From the NCBI GenBank assembly GCA_963668315.1, contig OY764216.1:1184001-1248000 (forward strand): 64,000 nt of DNA. The letters are read 5' to 3'. Source of the stretch: Spirochaetia bacterium (GTDB lineage: Bacteria > Spirochaetota > Spirochaetia > DSM-2461). Made by a program: the position numbers and the translations under genes. Shown piece by piece: positions 30,016 to 39,682 of the stretch (position 1 is the stretch's first letter; the number at the start of each line of letters is the position of its first letter). The notes under the pieces were generated by a model. It was not told the DNA's origin and ran no database searches. It saw only the letters and a list, made by a program, of their open reading frames with translations.

Positions 30016-30561
30016 CTAGTCTTCGGAAAGATTGCTTTCCTGCTTGTTCCTGTTCGCCACAAGCGCCAGTATGGCCGTGCCGATAACGGCGATCATGACC
30101 GTATTGGTGCTGGAGCTTATGAGCTGCTGGGCGATAACCTTATTGAGAGGTTCGGAATAGATGAAAAAGTCCAGGATGGCGGAGACGCTGTACCCGATAA
30201 AGTTACCCGCCAGGCCCAGTATGATAAAGAGAACGATATCCTTGGTGGGAAAGGTTCCCTCATCCAGCCTGTTCGAAGTGGCTTTTCCGAAAAAACCGAC
30301 GATAAGTCCGGCAATGCCCGATCCGAGAATCCAGGACGGCCAGAATCCCCATCCGCCGAAAAGGTCGGTCAGCGCATGGCCGAGAATCCCCACGAAGAAA
30401 CCGACGATCGGTCCGAAGAGGGCGGCGAAGATAGCCAGAACCGCCGTGGCGGGCCTGAGTGTGGTGTTGGCGAATACGGGGATGCTCAAAAGGCCTCCCA
30501 CGCCGTAAAGTGCGGCTCCGATGGCGATAACGACAACGGTTTTTGCGGTAAATTTTTTCAT
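30016..30561 (-). CDS. ECF transporter S component (UPF0397/MtsT-like)
   Basis: [40 protein letters not shown]. Confidence 0.85.
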   Translation of the reverse strand: MKKFTAKTVVVIAIGAALYGVGGLLSIPVFANTTLRPATAVLAIFAALFGPIVGFFVGILGHALTDLFGGWGFWPSWILGSGIAGLIVGFFGKATSNRLDEGTFPTKDIVLFIILGLAGNFIGYSVSAILDFFIYSEPLNKVIAQQLISSSTNTVMIAVIGTAILALVANRNKQESNLSED

Positions 30562-30634
30562 CTCTTACCCCTTTAATGAAAATATGCCCAATCTTAGCAC
30601 ACTTGTAGTGTTTGTTAAATCTTTTACAGGGCTC

Positions 30635-31531
30635 TCAGGGCAGTTTATTTCCCGCAGAGAGGTAAATCTCGTACCACTCCTTGCGCGTCAGGGTAAATCC
30701 CGTCGCCATACTTACCTGAGCCACCCTCTCGGGGTTGGTCGTGCCGATGACGGCCTGAATCCCGGCGGGATGGCGGAGAATCCAGGCAATGGCTACAGCC
30801 GAATTGGTGACGCCGTACTTTTCCGCCAGGTTGTCGATGGTCCAGTTGAGCTTGGGGAACTTGTCGTTGTTAAGGAAAACCCCTTCGAAGAAGCCGTACT
30901 GAAAGGGAGACCAGGCCTGTATGGTGATGTCGTTGATGCGGCAGTAATCCAGAATCCCCCCGTCGTGGTCCACCGAATTTTCCACTTTCATGTTCACGTT
31001 CAGCCCCGCGTCGATCATACCCGTGTGCATGATGCTGAACTGGAGCTGGTTGAAGAGAATGTCTTCCTTCACGTACTTCTTCAGAAGTTCTATCTGGTAG
31101 TGGTTGTGATTGCTCACGCCGAAGTGGAGAACCTTTCCCTGTTTGTGAAGTTTCTGAAAGGCCTCGGCCACCTCCTCCGGTTCAACCAGGGCGTCCGGCC
31201 TGTGAAGGAGCAGAACGTCAAGGTAATCGGTTTTCAGCCTGTCCAGTGTCTTGTCCACCGCTTCCAGGATATAATCTCTGGAAAAGTCGAACATCCCTTC
31301 CCGTATCCCGCATTTGGACTGGAGAATGATGTCGTCCCTCTTGATGGGGAGATTGGCCAGAGCCGAGGCAAAAACTTCCTCCGAGACTCCTCCTCCGTAA
31401 ATATCGGCGTGATCGAAAAAGTTGATTCCCCTGTCAAAGGCGGTGGCGATAAGCCTTTCCCTTTCCCCGGGTTCCATTCCCGAAATCCTCATGCACCCCA
31501 TGATGATCCTTGATCCGCCCTTTATCTTCAT
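30635..31531 (-). CDS. Aldo/keto reductase (YdhF/YcsN-like)
   Basis: GCMRI, FDHADIYG, QSKCGI, LLLHRPD, QAWSP. Confidence 0.92.
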   Translation of the reverse strand: MKIKGGSRIIMGCMRISGMEPGERERLIATAFDRGINFFDHADIYGGGVSEEVFASALANLPIKRDDIILQSKCGIREGMFDFSRDYILEAVDKTLDRLKTDYLDVLLLHRPDALVEPEEVAEAFQKLHKQGKVLHFGVSNHNHYQIELLKKYVKEDILFNQLQFSIMHTGMIDAGLNVNMKVENSVDHDGGILDYCRINDITIQAWSPFQYGFFEGVFLNNDKFPKLNWTIDNLAEKYGVTNSAVAIAWILRHPAGIQAVIGTTNPERVAQVSMATGFTLTRKEWYEIYLSAGNKLP

Positions 31532-31644
31532 AACTAGATCCTCCCTTGACCGGTCTTTTATTAATTATAGGTTTTCCGAAGAAAAGACGCAAATGGTAGC
31601 GCAATATATGTAATAATGATAAGGTGGGACCCAGGGGGAGTATC

Positions 31645-32292
31645 ATGACCGACGACCATAAGATCATACTGTTTCAGGGGGATTCCATCACCGATTGCGG
31701 GCGCAGGCGGGATTTCGAGGTGACCGAGTATAACACCGGCATGGGGGACGGCTACGCCCGTATGATTACCGCCGATCTGAGGGCGGCCCGGCCTACGGAG
31801 GGACTGAACTTTCTCAACCGGGGAATCAGCGGCAACCGGGTGGTGGATCTTTACGCCCGCTGGAAGTCCGATGCGCTGAACCTGAAGCCCGATCTGATCA
31901 GCATTCTTGTCGGGGTGAACGATCCCTGGCATCATTTCAATTACGACAACGGTGTGGAACCGGAGCGTTATGAGCAGATCTACCGGATGCTTCTGGAGTG
32001 GACAAAGGCTGTTCTGCCCGATACCCGTCTGGTGCTGATGGAGCCTTTCGTTCTTCCCTGCGGAGCCGTCGGGGCCGACTGGCATGACGAAATGGATGAA
32101 CGGAGGGAAATCGTACGGAAGCTGAGCCGGGAGTTCGATACGGTGTTTGTTCCCCTGCAGAATCTTCTGACCGAGAAAGCGTCCCTGACCGAACCGGAAT
32201 ACTGGCTCGCCGACGGAGTTCATCCCACAGCTGCCGGACATCGCCTTATCGCCGACCGGTGGATGGAAGCCGTCAAGGGGCTGTTTTTCTGA
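31645..32292 (+). CDS. SGNH/GDSL hydrolase (carbohydrate acetylesterase-like)
   Basis: FQGDSITD, NRGISG, GVND, DGVHP. ATG 31645 behind GGGAG. Confidence 0.92.
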   Translation: MTDDHKIILFQGDSITDCGRRRDFEVTEYNTGMGDGYARMITADLRAARPTEGLNFLNRGISGNRVVDLYARWKSDALNLKPDLISILVGVNDPWHHFNYDNGVEPERYEQIYRMLLEWTKAVLPDTRLVLMEPFVLPCGAVGADWHDEMDERREIVRKLSREFDTVFVPLQNLLTEKASLTEPEYWLADGVHPTAAGHRLIADRWMEAVKGLFF

Positions 32293-33715
32293 TCTCTCCG
32301 TTATATATTCCTGCCATCTTCTCAAGCTCCTTATCGCCGTAACAGCGGATTTTCAGTGAGAGGCTGTTCCCATGGGGCGCGGCCAGCAGGCGGATCTCTC
32401 CCATGGCCTCCCCGATGATCTTCACCGTCAGGCAGACCAGGCCGTCCTCCTTGAGGGAAACATAGCCGTAACAGGGCTGATTTCCCCCCGTTTCCTCCAC
32501 ATGGACCTTTCCCTCCGCCGGACGGTTAAGGCCGAAGGTTAAGGCCCCTTTTCCCAAACCGCTCAGACTGACCTGGGATCCCTCCCGGGAAAGGGTCAAG
32601 CGGTCCTTTCCTGCAGGCCGAGAGGGACCGGTGAACAGCCACTCTCCCCCAAGGGAATCGAGAACATCCATCCGGTCTTCGGGGAATGAGGGGATAGGCA
32701 CGGTCAGTCCGGCCGTTTTTGTCTGAAGTATGCCGTAGGCTTCGTCGTCGGGAGGCAGGCCCCTTTCGCGGCAGGCGGGGACGATAATATCCCAGAAGGC
32801 TCTGTGGATAGCCTCCGTTCCGTAGTTGTCCTCCTGGGTATCGGCGACGGTGGTCAGCATCAAGGCCGATTCGGGAAGGGCGAGGACCAGCTGGCCTCCC
32901 AGGCCGTAAAGGGCGAAACCGTCTCGGCGGGTTTTCCAGAACTGGTAGCCGTAGCCCCACCTCTGGTCATAGCTGTCCAGGAAGGAGGTATCCGCCTGGA
33001 AGGAGAGGGCCCGTTTCAGATAACCGGCGGGTATCAGCTGTTCTCCCTCCCACTTCCCCCCGTTCAGGCAGAGGAGGCCGATGTTCCGCAGATCCTCCAT
33101 GGAAGCGATAAATCCCGATCCTCCCTGGGATATGCCCCGGGGATCGGGAAGAATCCGCGCCTTGTCGGAGAGTCCTATCTTCCCGAGAAAACGTTCCCTC
33201 AGGAAATCCAGCAGTTTCATTCCGGTCAGTTTTTCCACCAGGGCGGTCAGAACATGGCTGGATGATGTGTCGTAGGAGAAAAAGCTTCCCGGCCGATTCG
33301 TCGGGGCCACATGGAAGAAGGACTCCACCCAGTCGCCCTGATAGGATTTATAGGATGTCTGGGAATGGGCCGATCTCATGGTGAGCATATCTTCAATCGT
33401 GACAGCGGCGATAAAGGGAGGGAGCGGATCGGGGAGCATCTCGGGGAAGTAGGAGCATATCCTGTCTCCCAGTTTCAGACGTCCCTCCGATTCGAGGAGC
33501 CCCACCGCCAGGGAGACCAGACTCTTCCCCACCGAGTACATGCGGTGCTGACCGCCCTCTTGGAAGGGTGCCCAGTATCCTTCGGCCAGAATCTTCCCCC
33601 TTCTGACAAGGGAAAAACCATGCATGTTGACCCGGTACTTCTCAAGCCAGTCCAGGAAGTCGATAATGGCCTGGGAAGGGAGCCCTCCCTCTTCGGGACG
33701 TATCGTTTCGAGCAT
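32273..33715 (-). CDS. Serine hydrolase, beta-lactamase/esterase family
   Basis: YSVGKS (SxxK), LTMRS, FSY, YGYQFW. Start at 33715 behind GGAGG. Confidence 0.88.
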   Translation of the reverse strand: MLETIRPEEGGLPSQAIIDFLDWLEKYRVNMHGFSLVRRGKILAEGYWAPFQEGGQHRMYSVGKSLVSLAVGLLESEGRLKLGDRICSYFPEMLPDPLPPFIAAVTIEDMLTMRSAHSQTSYKSYQGDWVESFFHVAPTNRPGSFFSYDTSSSHVLTALVEKLTGMKLLDFLRERFLGKIGLSDKARILPDPRGISQGGSGFIASMEDLRNIGLLCLNGGKWEGEQLIPAGYLKRALSFQADTSFLDSYDQRWGYGYQFWKTRRDGFALYGLGGQLVLALPESALMLTTVADTQEDNYGTEAIHRAFWDIIVPACRERGLPPDDEAYGILQTKTAGLTVPIPSFPEDRMDVLDSLGGEWLFTGPSRPAGKDRLTLSREGSQVSLSGLGKGALTFGLNRPAEGKVHVEETGGNQPCYGYVSLKEDGLVCLTVKIIGEAMGEIRLLAAPHGNSLSLKIRCYGDKELEKMAGIYNGEIRKTAP

Positions 33716-33909
33716 GGAACCTCCAGGGGCGTCTCCGGCTTCATACTCCGGCCGGCCCGGAATCACTTTACCCCCTATCGGCCAGGAAGGCAAGGGACGC
33801 GGGACAGGCCCATGGGGATATTAATATTGGACAATTTCAGAAAACCGCCTGATAATGACAATAAGGGGGCGGTAGTTTCTCTTGTCCGCCGATTCACCCG
33901 AAGGAGAGA

Positions 33910-35076
33910 ATGATGTCTGATAGAAATACCGGTTACGCCTATCTGCCGTGGATCGACGGAATCCGGGCTGTCTCCGTCCTGGCGGTGATTATATACGGGC
34001 TCGGTTTTTTCCCCCCCATGAAAGGGGGCTTTTCCGCGGCCGATATCCTTTTCGTTATATCCGGATATGTCATAAGCCATTCCCAGAGCCGGGCGGTGAT
34101 GTCTTCGGGAAGGGATCTGAGTTTTATCTCCTTTGTCCTCGGTTTTTACGGACGCCGGATCCTGCGCTTGGTCCCCGCCCTGGCCGCGTGCCTCTTTATC
34201 ACGTTTCTCCTCTTCGGCTCCTCCCTGTCTCCCGAGGCAGGATACACGGGACTGAGCGCTTATCTGGGATTAAGCCCGGTCTATCTGGCTGGGCAGGGAG
34301 AAACCATGGAAGCCGCTATGGGAGGAATGAATCCCTTTTTTTCTACCTGGTTTCTGGGGGCGCTGATCCCCTTCTATCTGATCTTTCCCCTGCTTTTTTA
34401 TTTCTGGCTCGCCGGAGGAAGAAGGGGAGGCGTCCTCCGGGTTCTCTCCCGCCTCATCGTGCCCCTGCTTTTCGGCCTCTCCCTGGTCTATGCGGCTCTG
34501 AGCCGCAACAGCCTTTCCCTTTTCTATCTCTTTCCGGGCCGTCTTTGGGAGATAGCCGCCGGTTCCCTCCTTTTCTTCCTCCAGACAAGATGGCAGTTTC
34601 TTTCAGGCGGAAGGGCCGTGGGGGCCAATCTGCTCCTTCCCTTCGGATTTTTTATGGTTATGGCCGGTTTCTTTCTGATTACGCCGGGTTATTATCCCGT
34701 CCCCTGGGCCTTTCTCCCTGTGGGCGGTACGCTTCTCATGCTGTGGGGAATGGGGGAGGGAGCGGACCGGCTGACACCCGTGCATACTTTTCTGGGATCG
34801 GTGCCCCTGGTTTTCTGGGGGAAACGGGCCTATTCCCTTTATCTCTGGCACTGGCCGGTGATCATATTTCTGAGGAAGACGGGGCTCATGGAAAATCTGC
34901 TGGAGAAGATTCTGGCTGTCCTTGTCATATTTATCGTCGGAGCCTTGTCCTATCGCCTGGTCGAACGGCCCTTCCGCTTCGGGAAAAACGTCAGGAAGGG
35001 AAAAGGGCCTCTTGTCATACTTCTGGGACTTTTCATCCTCGGGGGAGTAAGCCTGCTGTTTTTTTCTCCGGCCTGA
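33910..35076 (+). CDS. Acyltransferase family 3 (OafA/YrhL-like) membrane protein with degenerate motifs and no SGNH domain
   Basis: IDGIRAVSV, FVISGYVI, FYGRRILRLVPAL, RLWE, YSLYLWHWP, SYRLVERPFR. Confidence 0.8.
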   Translation: MMSDRNTGYAYLPWIDGIRAVSVLAVIIYGLGFFPPMKGGFSAADILFVISGYVISHSQSRAVMSSGRDLSFISFVLGFYGRRILRLVPALAACLFITFLLFGSSLSPEAGYTGLSAYLGLSPVYLAGQGETMEAAMGGMNPFFSTWFLGALIPFYLIFPLLFYFWLAGGRRGGVLRVLSRLIVPLLFGLSLVYAALSRNSLSLFYLFPGRLWEIAAGSLLFFLQTRWQFLSGGRAVGANLLLPFGFFMVMAGFFLITPGYYPVPWAFLPVGGTLLMLWGMGEGADRLTPVHTFLGSVPLVFWGKRAYSLYLWHWPVIIFLRKTGLMENLLEKILAVLVIFIVGALSYRLVERPFRFGKNVRKGKGPLVILLGLFILGGVSLLFFSPA

Positions 35077-35161
35077 GTCCCTTTGTGAGAGGGAGCAGTG
35101 GAAAAGTTCTCTTCTTGGGGCTATCCTATGGATGTGCCGTTTATTTGGGGAGGGTGATAAT

Positions 35162-36145
35162 ATGAGAAAACTGATTGCACTGCTGGGCGCGGCTCTGCTT
35201 TTTGCCGGATGCGCTACCATGGGGCAGCTCTTGGGAGAACCGGAGATACGTCTTAAGGGAATGGCCATTGAGTCTCTGGATCTGGAGGGAATCACTTTCC
35301 GCTGTGACTATACCGTCAAAAATCCCTATCCCGTGGGTATTAAGGTAAGCCGGGTTAAAACGGATGTCAGTTATGGGGATACACTGTTTGTCTCCCTTGT
35401 CACCGACGAAGGCCTGAATCTGGCGGCGGCCGCCACGAATGACAACAGCATCCTGTTTACGGTGCCCTACGAAAGCCTTTGGGATCTGGCCGAGGAGGGA
35501 CGGGACAGGGAATCCCTTCCCTTTGCCCTGGACGGCACGGCTTCCTTCGATCTCTCATCGGTCCCCATGCTGGAGAATCAGTCCCTTACGGTTCCCTATC
35601 ATCTGGACTTCGAAGTCCCCCTATTCAAGCCTGAGTTCCGTGTATCCGGAGGACGGATTGTCATGCCCTCTCTGCAGGAGATTACCAAAGCCCTGGCGGC
35701 GGGGGGAATGAACGTTATTAAAGCCGGTATCAATGCGGGGAGGATGATCGTCGGCGAACCGGTGGAGGCGGAAGTCTTCGAAGAGATTGATCTGGACTTT
35801 ACCGTCCTCTTCGACCTGTCGGTGAGAAACCGCGGGGGAGCTCCCTGGCTCTTTGATCTGAAACAGTGCCGCGTGGATACGGGCATGGGCTCCCTTGTGG
35901 ATATGGAGGTCCGTTCCGGTTCCGGGACAATCAACGGGGCGGGGGACGAACTGCAGATGGCCGCCGTTCTCAATACCCGGGAGTGGGGATCTTTCCTCGC
36001 CGGGCTGGCGGCGGGCCGCGTTTCCGGTTCCGCTCTGGTTCTTGAAAGCTCGCTTACCTTCCCCGGACTTCCCTATGAGGCGGAGCTGCCTCTGAACATC
36101 CATCAGGACCTTTCCCTGGGAGCCTTCCGTTTTGGCTCGGAGTAG
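35162..36145 (+). CDS. Lipoprotein with LEA type 2 (WHy) domain(s)
   Basis: Lipobox FAGC; 'V-KNPYPVGI' LEA_2 motif. Confidence 0.75.
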   Translation: MRKLIALLGAALLFAGCATMGQLLGEPEIRLKGMAIESLDLEGITFRCDYTVKNPYPVGIKVSRVKTDVSYGDTLFVSLVTDEGLNLAAAATNDNSILFTVPYESLWDLAEEGRDRESLPFALDGTASFDLSSVPMLENQSLTVPYHLDFEVPLFKPEFRVSGGRIVMPSLQEITKALAAGGMNVIKAGINAGRMIVGEPVEAEVFEEIDLDFTVLFDLSVRNRGGAPWLFDLKQCRVDTGMGSLVDMEVRSGSGTINGAGDELQMAAVLNTREWGSFLAGLAAGRVSGSALVLESSLTFPGLPYEAELPLNIHQDLSLGAFRFGSE

Positions 36146-36896
36146 ATACGCCCTTGCGGGATTCCCGGGCCTCCTGATCTTTTTTGCGGGAATACTCTTA
36201 GGCTGTTCAGACCCCCTTCCCCGGCTGGAGGACTATCTGGGGACTTACCGTATCATAAAGATTGATGACAAGGGGGAGTCCCTGGAAACCCCCACACTGA
36301 ATAATATTGAGCTGACCTCGGAGTCCTATATCTACCGGTTCGACAGAAACGGAGACAACCGCTTCTCCGCCGAAGAGGTTCTGACACAGCCGCTGGATTT
36401 TTCCGTGGACAGCGGCAATCAGCCCTGGCTTCTTCTTTCCGACGGAGAGCGGAAAATCAGTCTGCTCCCCCATGATTATTATGACGTTCTCTTCAGGGAA
36501 GAGGCGTCGGGGACGACCCTATATGCACGCAAGGTGATTCCTCCCCGGGATAATCTGAATTATATAAAGAAACGGGAGAGGCTCTACGGCTCCTATGAAA
36601 TCATCAAGTTCCGGGAGAATGAGACCATCCTGAATATTGGCGCCTCCGGCTTTATCACCATAAGTGAGAGCGAGTATATTTCCGGGATCGACAGGGATTC
36701 CGACGGTGCCATCGGGGAAGAGGAGAGGCTTGTCTCTCCCTATGAGTTCCACCGGGATGACGGGGGCGAATCCTTCCTGCTGATTAATCGGGATAACATC
36801 CCGGTCCTGGCTTACCGGGAGGATAACTTCGATCTTCTGCTGCGGAGAATAGACAGCCTCGGCAACGATGTCATTATGTATCTGAAGAGGAGGTAA
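36132..36896 (+). CDS. Hypothetical lipoprotein with two internal repeats
   Basis: Lipobox LLGC. Repeated units GTYRIIK...ESYIYRFDRNGDNRFSAEE and GSYEIIK...SEYISGIDRDSDGAIGEEE. Confidence 0.7.
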   Translation: MARSRYALAGFPGLLIFFAGILLGCSDPLPRLEDYLGTYRIIKIDDKGESLETPTLNNIELTSESYIYRFDRNGDNRFSAEEVLTQPLDFSVDSGNQPWLLLSDGERKISLLPHDYYDVLFREEASGTTLYARKVIPPRDNLNYIKKRERLYGSYEIIKFRENETILNIGASGFITISESEYISGIDRDSDGAIGEEERLVSPYEFHRDDGGESFLLINRDNIPVLAYREDNFDLLLRRIDSLGNDVIMYLKRR

Positions 36897-38235
36897 GGGG
36901 CTCATCCCTTCTTTTCAGCCATAACACCGAGGTGCAGACTATCATGGCCGCGGTCAGGACCAGACAGAGCAGAACCGCCGGATTATAACTGCCCGTAAAC
37001 TGTTCGGCCAGGCTGAAGAGGTAGGGCCCCACGGCGGAACCCACCACCATCCAGCTCATCCCGAAACCGGAGATCGCTCCCAGATGGGCATTGCCGTACA
37101 GCCGGACCCAGGTGATGCTGGTCAGAGTGCCGAATACGCCTCCCGAAATCCCCATGCCGATGATGAGCAGGAGTATGGGCAGGCCGGTACCCAGGAAAAG
37201 TATCGCGACCATCCCCAGGACCAGACCGGCCAGATAGATCAGATACAGAATTTCCAGGCGGACTCTGTCGCTCAGGGCGCTGATAAGGAACTGGGAAGAG
37301 ACGGAGACCAGGGAGATGGGGAGGAATATCCCTATGGCCTGACTTCTGTCCAGGCCTATCTTGCCGAAAATGGATACCACATGAAAGGTATAAGCCGTGT
37401 TGTAAAGGCTGAGTATGGCCAGGGAGACGGCGAAGATCCATAGGGCGGGCCTTCTCTTCGCCTCTTTGAGTGTCAGCTCTTCGGTCCTATGGAGAAGCGC
37501 GGTTTTGGGGTTCTCTTTCACTTCCTTCCTGCCGTCCTGCTTAAGGCGGCAGATACGGGGATTGTCACGGAAGAAGATAAACCCGAAGAGGGCCATGGCG
37601 AATCCGCAGACCAGGGCCAGGACCTGCCAGGCTTCCCGCCAGGTATGATTCTGTATCAGGCTGTCCAGCAGGCGGGGGGCATAGGAAAAGCCGAAGGAGG
37701 TGACAACCCCCAGAATGGCGGCGGCAAGGCCTCTTCGTTTGTTGAACCACTTCATGACCATACTTCGGGATATCATGGTCATCACGCCCTGTCCGGAGAA
37801 GCGGAGCAGGAAAAATCCCAGAATCATCAGGGTGAAACCCCATACATAGGGACTCAGGGGGGTGACTTGCGCGGCCGCCCCGGCGATCCTGTCCACCTGG
37901 CTCAGGAAAAGAAGGATAAGTCCCATGATAGACCCGGAGAGCAGAACGGTCAGGCGAACTCCGAAACGGTCGTAGAATTTGCCCGCCCGGGACAGAACGA
38001 GACTGGACAGGGTGGTGCCTATCATGTATGTCAGACTCAGATTGAGACGGCTTATGCCCAGGGCGTCTATCAGGTAATCGGTGAAAACCGAGACGCCCAT
38101 GGTCTGCCCGGGGATGCTCATCAGAATACCCACCGCTCCCAGTGCCAGGATGAACCATCCGTAGTAGAGGGGGGATTTTTCCGGATTGAAGGGCATGTTG
38201 ACGAGGCGTTCTTCTATATTGGGACGTTTTTCCAT
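36874..38235 (-). CDS. MFS transporter
   Basis: About 12 TM segments; GKFYDRFGVR loop motif, KWFNKRRGLA. Confidence 0.9.
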   Translation of the reverse strand: MEKRPNIEERLVNMPFNPEKSPLYYGWFILALGAVGILMSIPGQTMGVSVFTDYLIDALGISRLNLSLTYMIGTTLSSLVLSRAGKFYDRFGVRLTVLLSGSIMGLILLFLSQVDRIAGAAAQVTPLSPYVWGFTLMILGFFLLRFSGQGVMTMISRSMVMKWFNKRRGLAAAILGVVTSFGFSYAPRLLDSLIQNHTWREAWQVLALVCGFAMALFGFIFFRDNPRICRLKQDGRKEVKENPKTALLHRTEELTLKEAKRRPALWIFAVSLAILSLYNTAYTFHVVSIFGKIGLDRSQAIGIFLPISLVSVSSQFLISALSDRVRLEILYLIYLAGLVLGMVAILFLGTGLPILLLIIGMGISGGVFGTLTSITWVRLYGNAHLGAISGFGMSWMVVGSAVGPYLFSLAEQFTGSYNPAVLLCLVLTAAMIVCTSVLWLKRRDEPLTSSSDT

Positions 38236-38336
38236 AATTTTCTGAGCCTATCACATCGCCATGGCATGAACAAGAGTTTCGAGAAAAGCTTTTCCCCCGG
38301 TTTGACACCGGCCTGCGGGTTGACTAAAATTGGGGT

Positions 38337-38897
38337 GTGATGAAAAAAAGCGCCTATGCCCTCATCCTCTTCCTTTTCCTACTCGTTCCCCTTGCCTCCC
38401 AGTCAAGAATCGTGGAAGAGGCTCCCTGGGCAGAGGAAGAACCGGTGAAAGAGTCCCGGCTCCTGGAAATCTACCTCCCCCTGGAGTTCTTCGGGGGAAA
38501 TATCATGAATTACGGCGTGGGCGCCGCCTTCCTGGAAAAAAAGCTTGATGTTCAGTTCCAGGGGGGAGTTTCCTCCTATAAATGGGAGGATGCTTCCTAC
38601 TATACCGATGATTACAAAACATGGGGATTCAGTCTCGGATGGGATATTACTCACCATTTTCTGTTCCGCGAAGAGAGGCTGGGTGCTTATTACGGACTCA
38701 TCTACCGTTATAATCATATGGACAATATGAAATACACCGCGTTGCCCGACATTCACTGGACCGGTCTCTCCCTGGGGGGAGAGCTGCATGGAAAGAGGCT
38801 TACTTTCTACGGGGAGAGCCTCTGGTATCTGGAGAATTTTTATCTGGATCTTCCCCATGTCACCCTGGCGGGAGGAGTGAAATTCTGGCTGTTCTGA
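38337..38897 (+). CDS. Hypothetical exported protein, probable small outer-membrane beta-barrel
   Basis: Signal peptide, aromatic/Gly-rich amphipathic strands, C-terminal GGVKFWLF. Confidence 0.6.
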   Translation: MMKKSAYALILFLFLLVPLASQSRIVEEAPWAEEEPVKESRLLEIYLPLEFFGGNIMNYGVGAAFLEKKLDVQFQGGVSSYKWEDASYYTDDYKTWGFSLGWDITHHFLFREERLGAYYGLIYRYNHMDNMKYTALPDIHWTGLSLGGELHGKRLTFYGESLWYLENFYLDLPHVTLAGGVKFWLF

Positions 38898-38914
38898 GAT
38901 TACGATCCATTGCT

Positions 38915-39643
38915 GTGTTCATCCTTCTCCTGTGGCTGACGTCGTGCCATGATCTGCTTATGACCTCTCCCTATACCGTGGGAGGGGGGATCGAGATGTT
39001 CCTCGACGGGAAGCTGGTCGCCGCGGCGGACTTCGACAGGGCCTTCGATGCCGATATGAGTAAGTATGTCTACAGGATAGAGTCGGGAAGCAATCCCGTG
39101 AACGGCCTGGGAGAACTGGTCGTTTTCCAGAGGGACATAGGGCTCGGGGAAATTGACTATCTGTGGTCCAACAGCTTCGGGACAACCCCTGTTGATACCA
39201 ACGGTCTCAGCGGTTATTATCGATTTGCCGGAGATTTATCCTGCGATTCCCTGGCTAATGTGGATTACACGATTAATGAAGCCGCCGTTATACGGGGAAC
39301 CGACCCGCCTCCCTATCTTACCGATGGCGGGGCGCCCATGGCACTGGCTCCGGAACGGGACAGCATCATTCAGCTGGGGGCCGATGTTCTCCCCTCCCGT
39401 TTGAAGACTCTGACCGTCGGCTTCTGGTTTCAGGAGGAGATGGACAACGATTCGCCGGTAAACCTTATGAATATCGTCAATCCGGGCAGCCGCAGCGCGC
39501 CCCCCCTGGACCTGACGATAGAACCGGGGGGAAGACTCGTCCTTACTGTGGGTACGAACTGGAATAAGATCTGGTACCGGCCGGGGAATGACTTTGACGA
39601 CGGGGAAGGGCATATGATTACCCTGAGATTCCGGAACTGGTAA
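38915..39643 (+). CDS. Hypothetical lipoprotein ending in a partial LamG/ConA-like domain
   Basis: LTSC lipobox; LSGYYRF, LTVGFWF and DDGEGHMITL are LamG-like, and the ORF ends at that point. Confidence 0.55.
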   Translation: MFILLLWLTSCHDLLMTSPYTVGGGIEMFLDGKLVAAADFDRAFDADMSKYVYRIESGSNPVNGLGELVVFQRDIGLGEIDYLWSNSFGTTPVDTNGLSGYYRFAGDLSCDSLANVDYTINEAAVIRGTDPPPYLTDGGAPMALAPERDSIIQLGADVLPSRLKTLTVGFWFQEEMDNDSPVNLMNIVNPGSRSAPPLDLTIEPGGRLVLTVGTNWNKIWYRPGNDFDDGEGHMITLRFRNW

Positions 39644-39682
39644 TTCCGCGGCCTCTCCGGGGTAATCCCCTCATTCCGCAGA

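Noticed and set aside
33716..33830. Structured leader or cobalamin riboswitch upstream of the serine hydrolase
   Set aside because: Only a vague GCCGGAGAC resemblance; the other conserved elements are missing.
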